Of a stretch of 64,000 bases of DNA, positions 55,247 to 64,000 are shown in pieces. The stretch lies in assembly GCA_951406725.2 (NCBI GenBank), contig OX597829.1, forward strand, positions 43,710,001 to 43,774,000, read 5' to 3'. The stretch comes from Octopus vulgaris. Taxonomy: Eukaryota. Under the pieces are notes generated by a model. The model was not told the DNA's origin and did no database searches. It worked only from the letters and a program-made list of their open reading frames with translations. A program made the translations under genes and the position numbers. The first letter of the stretch is position 1; each line of letters starts with the position of its first letter.

Positions 55247-56815
55247 CCTTTCTTGATTGGCCACAAGGGCCGAACACAAAAATATATAGGGATAATAGAA
55301 AACAAGGGACAAGTGTGGTTTAAAACAAAACGTGTAAACAATAAAAATACAAAGTTAAGAAAAAAATTAAACAAAAAAATTCTTCAGTATGGGGATGTTC
55401 CACCCAGGGCCAACCAGGGTACACCACACATCTTGGTCACCACAACTGCCAAGTGCATACCAAGTAGGTACCCCTGTTCTGGTTTACAGATGAATATTCA
55501 GAGTAGGTCCATTCACACGAGCCATTTTCGCAACATTCACCCACCTTTCAACAAAATTACTGAGGTGTGGGATTGGGGGGGATAGTACTTCCCTCTCTAC
55601 CCTCATTTTCCATTTCAAGTGGAACTTGGAAAAGTCGGTGAGGGATTGGCCGAAGAGGAAAATGTCAGCCTCGTCCACCACACCATCTCTTTCGCCATAG
55701 CCACCAGACAGGGGAAAACTGCCTTTCCTCTCCGGCCGAAAGAAGGCGGCAGGGTGATCCTCACAATGGACTCGGCTGATAACCGGATCTGTCCTACATG
55801 TGACTACAGCTGCTCGACAAAGCTCCACAAGTCTGTAATGCACGGACACAGCACGATAGCATACAATACGGTTTCATCGCGTTGCGCACACCACGGACAA
55901 GTGAGTCTGACAACACTTCCATGTGTGCAGAACTTGTCTCGAACCAGCAGAGCTCCCCGGTAGCATTGCCAGGCCATGGGGTTTCTGGAAGTTATCCATA
56001 GGTAATGACTCGAAAGTCCCTCGATAAAGTTGATCTCTCTCGACGCCTAGAGTTTCCCTGAGTGCGTCGTCGCTCTTTCCCTCCGCTTATCCTCTATAGA
56101 ACTCCATGGTGAAACTTCCAGCGACTGCGTTGCCCGATTGACAGAAGGTCGTGAGGGCATGCTGACACTCCAGGTGCCAAGCACCCTTTCTTTGTCTACG
56201 CTTGACCCACGACTGTAGCTCCATCAATGAGACGAGCTTCGGAATGTCCCATTTGACGAAAAGCTACCACACCTGCACACCGTTAAGGAAACGTTGGAGA
56301 AGTTGCAGCTTTACTGCATGTCCGTGCATCATTAGCCACGGCATACTCAGTCTTCAATCAGCAGGCTGTTGAAAACAAATGGACCGTCGGTTGCTATGCC
56401 TTTCCTAAGTGCCTCTTCTAGCTTCCTAACTAAGCCTCCCCCTATCCTAGATTCTTCTAACGATATTTCATTAGTAAAACCTTCCGCCTCTATTGTAATA
56501 GCCCCTTTCAGGTCCATCCACCACCCACCAGCTGTCGACGATTGCGCCCGCCAACTATCGATTGACTAACTTGCTAACCTGGTCTCTGAGAGTTTGGCGC
56601 GCCGAGAAGGACGCGTTCAGCTCCCAGTATCCGGGGCCTTGTCAATGGATCTTATCTATGTCGATCGTACAGATCACAAATTTATGGTCCGTGTAGCCGA
56701 TGACTTTGTAACATGGACAACTTAAACTACTTCTATCTACATGCCTACAAAATGCTCTGTCTAGATACGACCTGGAAGATCTGATGTGGTTCGCCCATAT
56801 CTACATTGGCACCAT
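55247..56815 (-). mobile_element. Tx1/L1-clade LINE, internally deleted (endonuclease end joined to post-RT region and 3' UTR)
   Basis: Minus-strand SSRSYLDRAFCR..IGYTDHKFVIC..GPGYWELNAS (APE endonuclease C-terminus); zf-RVT region homologous to 39720-40400; 3' end abuts (TAA)n. Confidence 0.85.
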
Positions 56816-57136
56816 TTGTCTGAGTAGCAGACGATTAATCTTTTTTGTTGCCTAGTGTAATTTATCTTTAAATGTAGCACCTGCCAGTTCCATTTAACTA
56901 TCATAACTTTCTATGAAGACCACGGGGCATTTCAAGATATAATGTGAATAAACTGAAAGAGTTAACCGAAAAACCTCATGAAAACAACTGCTAAAACTTT
57001 AGCGCAAGATTAAACAACTATGAATGCCAAAGAATAAAGATATTGAAAGGATGAAAGAAAATAAGGGTGCCTTTTGCCTATGCATATGTACATACAGACA
57101 TACACAGACAAAAGTGCAAACCGGTGTGTTTGTACC

Positions 57137-57320
57137 TTTTATCTGTTTTCAATCATTAGACTGCGGCCATACTGGAGCACCGATTTCCGGATTTTTTTAA
57201 ACCTCGTAATTATTTTATCGATCTGTCTTGCCGAACCGCTAATTTACAGGGACACACCAAATACCGGTTGTCAAGTGGTGATAGGGGTAGGGACAAACGT
57301 TAAACACACGCACACTTATG

Positions 57321-57411
<91 letters not shown>

Positions 57412-57570
57412 ATATATATATATGGATGATGTGATTCTTTCAGTTTCCATCTACCAAGTCCACTCACAATGCTTTGGTCGTCTCGAGGTTATAACCAAAG
57501 ACACTCGCCTAAGGTACCACGCAGTGGTACTGAATCTAAAACCATGTGGTTGGGAAGCAAGCTTCTTACA
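57137..57570 (-). mobile_element. Old SINE family B copy
   Basis: Diverged match with internal (TA)n. Confidence 0.7.
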
Positions 57571-57716
57571 TATATATGTAAGCCACATATATATGTTTGT
57601 GTGTGCTTGTATGTATGTGCGCATGTTTGGTACATCCATACATGCACACATACATGCAAGCATACATGAATACATATATGCATACATACGTATATATAAA
57701 CATACATATACATCCA

Positions 57717-57870
57717 TATGAGTGTGCGCATTAACGTTCCTGGCTTTGGGCGAAAGAAGATACAGGAGGATCAGTTCATTACGATTTTATTCAATATATT
57801 CCCCTCTCAGATTCACACACTTATTGCAAACCTTTCGTAATAATCATAATTCCCGGAACTTTTCATCCCT
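57717..57870 (-). mobile_element. Mariner-derived MITE, decayed
   Basis: Homologous to 61224-61442. Confidence 0.65.
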
Positions 57871-57929
57871 ACACACATGCATACAAACATACATACATAC
57901 ATACATACATACATACATACATACATACA

Positions 57930-57963
<34 letters not shown>

Positions 57964-58282
57964 CATACATACATACATACATACCTACATACGTACGTAC
58001 ATACATACACTCATACATACACACACTCATACATACATACATACATACATACATACATACATACATACATACATACATACATACATACATACACTCATAC
58101 ATACACACATACATACATACACACATACATATATACATACGTACATACATACGTACATGCATACATACATACATACATACATACGTACGTACGTACGTAC
58201 ATACATACGTACATACATACATACATACATACATACATACATACATACATACACACATTCAGACATACATACAGTTCTATTT

Positions 58283-58362
58283 TAACAAAAACTGTCCGAC
58301 GAACGGGAACGTGAAACTCAGAGTAACATGTTTTGTTGAATTTCTGCTGCTTTTAAATAAAG
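58283..58362 (+). ncRNA. HHR family H2 single-arm copy
   Basis: CTGT-CCGACGA-ACG-GGAA-CGT-GAA-ACTCAGAGT-A-ACAT: perfect stem II with GNRA loop, U4C core change; ends at (TA)n. Confidence 0.7.
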
Positions 58363-59017
58363 TATATATATATATATATACATACGTACGTACATTAAAA
58401 CATACATACATATACATGCATACGTACATAAATACATACATACACACAGAAATACACACATGCCTACATACATAAACGGATATCTATATACATATATATA
58501 AATCTAGATATTGATTATATTGCTTAACTGGCCAAAAATTCGAAGTCACTATCAATAATATTCATGTTTAAAAATAATAAATTTGTACTCTGCATAAGTA
58601 CAGACTAACCATTAGATTAACACACAGACAGGCACACTCATTCACACAGACAGACAGACAGACACACTCAACGGTACAGAATAAAGTAGATTAATTAATT
58701 TTCAACAAGCAATTATGAAGTACTTGCCGAAAAAGTACATAACATTGAATGCCAACCGGATTTTCTGATTTTACTAATACACACATGCATGTATACATAC
58801 ATACATACATACATACATACATACATACATACATACATACATACATACATACATACAAATATACTTACATACATACATGCATACATACGTATACACACAT
58901 GTATACACATACAGACATACATCCACACACATCCATACAGACACAGATATATACATATACACACACATACACACATATACAAGCATATATTTGCGCATAT
59001 ATATAGGTGTATATATG

Positions 59018-59078
<61 letters not shown>

Positions 59079-59760
59079 GTATGTATGTATGTATGTATGT
59101 ATGTATGTATGTGTGTGTGTGTGTGTATGTGTAGGTATATATATATATATTTATATTTCTTTTGGAGAACAGTGTATCTTGAAAGCACATAAAATTAAAA
59201 ACATTAATTTGTAATTATTGGATCAAAGAGACCTTTCCGTGTATTGAGTTGAATGTTGTGCTTGGAGATTCACTGTTCCAATCAGAACCATTTAACCTTC
59301 TCTAAATATATACGAATATACATATATACACATATATACACATATATACATACACACATACATACATAGGTGTGTGTGTGTACTTGAGTGTGTATGTGTC
59401 CGCGTGTGTGTTTGTGTGTCTGTGTGTGTACAGATGTATTATACACCTGCGCATGTAATTATGATGTGTGTACGTATGAATGTATTCGATGAAGATTTTC
59501 CGAAATTAGAAATTTTTGATTATAGAAATCTTTAAAAAATACAAAAAAAAAAAACCAGGCGATTAACTTAGATCTAATCAAAGGAAGTTTTTGTGCAATC
59601 GCTTACTTCTGTTTTCACCATTTCATAAAACTTTTGTTGGCAAAATTAGCGAAAAGAGCTTACAGAAAATCTACCTTCCATCAGGTCTATGTTAATCTCT
59701 ATATATATACGCGGTCGCGCACACACTTACACAATATATATAGGTAGATAAGCACAGTCA

Positions 59761-59847
<87 letters not shown>

Positions 59848-61223
59848 TTATCTATCTATCATTGACAGCATGGCTGCAGTCAATGACTGAAACAAATAAT
59901 AGAGTAAAGAGTAAATCCCGGAAATTACTGGCCTTGTGCCAAAATGTGAGACCCATATTAATAGCTGCCTTGGTTACTGGTACAGTTTATTTTATTCTGC
60001 ACATGATTTACGTCATTGCAGCATTGTATTCCGTTTCCAAACGACATGGGAATGTATGTTACCAAATGTTTGATTTGGAGGAGATTTGGTAGTTATTTCC
60101 AGCAGTTTGAGCGGTCTGATTCCCTCACTTCTGTTCAATCGGTACAATTTGTAATATTTTTGCAAATGGCGTTATCAGCAATAAACCTCTGTTCCCTGAC
60201 AAATACTCGTCTTTGTTCTTCATAATACTGATGTTTCTGTTAGAGATGTTTGTGTGAATGTCGAGCCTAGATTCTGGGCTCTCAGTATGTGATGCCTACG
60301 AGTCGATTTCACTTTCCTTGATTGAACTTCCAAATATACGTGTATGTGTGTGCGCGCGGGCGCGAGCACGTATACTATTTTTTAACGGGAATGTGTGTGG
60401 ACGTGTGCGTGAGTGTGCGAATACATATATATTTAAGTGTAGCAATGCCCTTAATATGTACATATGTGTGAGCATGTGTGATTGTATATACATCCGTGTG
60501 TGCGGGTGTGTTTACACACACAGACATCAGAAATAGATAGAGTAGGAATAAACAGTGTAGAGAATTTGTGCTTAACGGAATAGACCGAGACTAAAAGAAA
60601 TAAAGATCTTGCTGGAGATTTAGTAAATCATAATTATTTGTACATACATACATTCATACATACATACATGTTATGGAATACATTCATAAACACCAACTCA
60701 AGGAATGCTGGTGGAATATTCCCATCAAATCTTCTGTCATTTGTAAACATAGCAGGCCAGATATTTTTGTTTGGGATAGTGGGGCGAAGGTATGTACCAT
60801 CATAGAGGTCCGCTACCTGCAGATATACATATCTCTTTGAAAATCACAGAAAAAAAGGATATCTATGGACAGCTGCTTCGAAACCTTCAGCTTCTATATC
60901 CAGACCATGAATTCATATTCATACTAGTAATAATTGGAGCACTAGGTTTTGTTAGCAAATGCTAAAAGGAGAAATTGGATAAACTGGGATTTTCCGAAAG
61001 AGAAATCGACCGGCTGATCCGTACATTACAAGTCCAATTTGTGAGTGGAACAGCAAAAATATGCAAGACTATTCTTAAGTTCCAAATGTGAATTTATCTG
61101 TGTTAACTACATCCCAAATATGGGGCCTTGTATCTTGCTAGGAACCGGCTCCCTCCTCAGTGGAAGATTTATAACAATTAAAAAAGGTGAAGAGACTCAT
61201 TCATACATACAAACACACCGACA

Positions 61224-61442
61224 TACGAAGTGGTAACAAAAAGTTCCAGGCTTTGGATTAAAGAAAATACAGTAGGATCAGATAATTATGGTTTTATTCA
61301 ACATATTCCCCTCCCAGATTCACACACTTATTGTAGCGGTCTTTCAGTTTTTCTAAGCCCTGTAAAAGAACTCAGAAGGTTGGGCCGCCAACCAGGCCTT
61401 TCGCGACGCCTTTAAAGCCAAGAACTTTTTCAGTACCATCTA
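61224..61442 (-). mobile_element. Mariner-derived MITE (~220 bp)
   Basis: Imperfect TIRs TACGAAGTGGTAACAAAAAGTTCCAGGCTTT and AAAGCCAAGAACTTTTTCAGTACCATCTA. The minus strand retains the transposase C-terminus KLKDRYNKCVNLGGEYVE*. Confidence 0.85.
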
Positions 61443-61989
61443 ATACATACCAGTTCTCGTACCCTGACTATGAATTCTCATTTGTATCTGCAAACACAGT
61501 TGCATTAGATTATGTTTCCAAAATACCTAAGAGTACTCGGAGAAAGAGCAAAAGAAACCGTCGCGGATTCTCAAAATCCAGTCTATTAGTGGCGCTGTAA
61601 ATATTTCTAAGACATTCTAAACATTCTGCATTTGAGATTCGTTAGGTGAATAGATGTACACACTTGGGTGTATGCATCGAGAGTCCAGCCAACACACCAA
61701 ATCAACCACGTATCTACAAAGGCCGGGACTCTCTTAACTCAAACAGTCTTGTCGTTTTGTTAGCGACCGGCTTGAACTCTCCCGAGAACTTTAATTAAAC
61801 TCTCAAACAAAATAATATACATATATACATACATGTATACATAAATACATTACACATACCACATACATCCATAGATATGCATACCTGTATATATTACGCA
61901 TATATATAAGTTTACACATACATACATGCATCCATACATCGATATATGTACATACACACAAACAGACATATAGACATACATATCGCTCT

Positions 61990-62047
<58 letters not shown>

Positions 62048-62075
62048 CACATATATATATACATTATATATATTA

Positions 62076-62116
<41 letters not shown>

Positions 62117-62190
62117 TATATGAACGCATCTATATGTATATATGTATATATATATATTTATAAGTGTATATATATTTATATCTTTCTCCA

Positions 62191-62223
<33 letters not shown>

Positions 62224-62718
62224 CAGAGAGAGGGGAGCAGGACGGGAAACCCAGAGAATGAGAATGAGAGCGGAGACAGAGAAAGAAGAAATAGATACTA
62301 TAAACGATAAGAAAACATGGACGAAATAAGACACAAAGAATTAGATATTCGTTTGATAATTTGCATTACTTCAAGAAAAAAAAAAAAAAAAAGATAAAGA
62401 AAAAGAAAAAAAAAGTAATAAGACAAATAAATAGAAAAAAAAAATAACGCAAGAAATTCAGCTTAAACCAACACGAATGTAACGAAAGAATCACAGAATA
62501 ACAAATAGAAACAAGATAAAAATTTTAAAAAATCCACAAGAAAATATAATACATAAAATGAATACTGAGGCTGAGGGGAAATAAAATTTTTTTTAAATCT
62601 TTAATGATGTATCGTCATATAATAATAATAGGCCGGCAGGCTGAGAAGTAATATATTTTAAAAGAGATGCACGTGTGCACGTATGTTCCTGACCTTACTA
62701 ATTGGCTATTTTCTTCAG

Positions 62719-62920
62719 GTAAGAACCTGCCGAACGAACACCGAAACGGAATGTTTCAAACAGCATGCAGTGCCTCTTTGATGACAACTTCACCGGAGAT
62801 TCCGTTAACTTTGATGTCGGTCTAGATGTTTAATGGCGGCAACGGAGACATGTTCCGTAGCGGATCTCACACACTGGTCCGCGCAAAGGCGTGGAACCAA
62901 CCGAACAGAGTAAAATAGAG
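62719..62920 (+). other. Candidate 202-nt non-coding exon or RS-exon
   Basis: Branch-like TACTAAT (62696-702), TTTTCTTCAG acceptor immediately followed by GTAAGA, downstream donor GAG|GTGAGA; unique CpG-rich sequence with stops in all three frames. Confidence 0.6.
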
Positions 62921-62968
62921 GTGAGAAAGTTTTTTTGAACTTTTTGCACGCCTCCTTCTCACGAAAGC

Positions 62969-63020
<52 letters not shown>

Positions 63021-63074
63021 TTTTCTTGTATGTTTGTTTTATTTTTTTTCTTTGGTTTTTGTGTAGACACGCGC

Positions 63075-63597
63075 ACTTACACACACATACATACACACAC
63101 ACACACACGCATGCATATGCACGTACGTATACAGTTGTATACACACATATATAAGAAAGAAACTACATGCATATAGGTATGCATATATATACATACACAC
63201 TCACATACACACAGACACACACACGCACACGCATGCATATGCACTTACGTATACAGTTGTATACACACATATATAAGAAAGAAACTACCTGCATATAGGT
63301 ATGCATATATATACATACACACTCACATACACACAGACACACACACGCACACACGCATGCATATGCACGTACGTATACAGTTGTATACACACATATATAA
63401 GAAAGAAACTACCTGCATATAGGTATGCATATATATACATACACACTCACATACACACAGACACACACACGCACACACGCATGCATATACACGTACGCAT
63501 ACAGTTGTATACACATATACATGAGAAAGAAACTACCTGCATATAGGTATGCGTATATATACATACACACTCACATACACACAGACACACACACTCA
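63075..63597. repeat. 122-124-bp minisatellite, four copies
   Basis: (A/G)AGAAAGAAACTAC recurs at 63153, 63275, 63399 and 63523. Confidence 0.92.
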
Positions 63598-64000
63598 TAT
63601 ATATATATAGAATATATATGTATGTGAGTGTATATGTGTGTGTGAGTGTATATGTGTGTTCACACATACACACATAAATGTATACATAGTGCATGTCTGT
63701 TGATAACCTACCTTTCTACTCATCTATATATATATATACATATATATATGTACCTTTCTACTTATATATACATGTATATGTATGTATATAACACCAATAC
63801 CTACTTACATATACATACATACACTCATAAAATCATACAAGCATGCATGCATACATACATACATACATACATACATACATACATACATACATACATACAT
63901 GCATACATACATACATACATACAATCATACATACATACATACAATCGTACATGCATACATACATACACATATACAATCATACATGCATACATACATACAT

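Overview
AT-rich eukaryotic non-coding DNA, very rich in microsatellites. It is most likely intronic or intergenic DNA of an octopus/coleoid cephalopod, inferred from the SINE families and repeat landscape. No intact host protein-coding exon is evident; nearly all long ORFs in the track are microsatellite artefacts. Recognisable content: four tRNA-derived SINE families, a deleted mariner plus two mariner MITEs, a near full-length dead pogo/Tigger element with an intron, a non-autonomous Helitron, and decayed CR1, Tx1/L1, RTE and R4/Dong LINE fragments. The main signal is at least six unrelated short non-coding repeat families, each carrying a minimal type I hammerhead ribozyme (HHR) motif with a palindromic stem III; three use a compensatory U3-A8 core. 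They lie in or next to (TA)n/(CA)n tracts as head-to-head foldbacks or as terminally redundant 361-nt and 431-nt units, which suggests Penelope-dependent retrozyme-like elements with circular RNA intermediates. Also notable: a candidate recursive splice site with RS-exon (62717-62926) and a SINE whose 3' tail matches Tx1-type LINE 3' ends. All alignments and folds were done by eye; no searches or folding programs were run.
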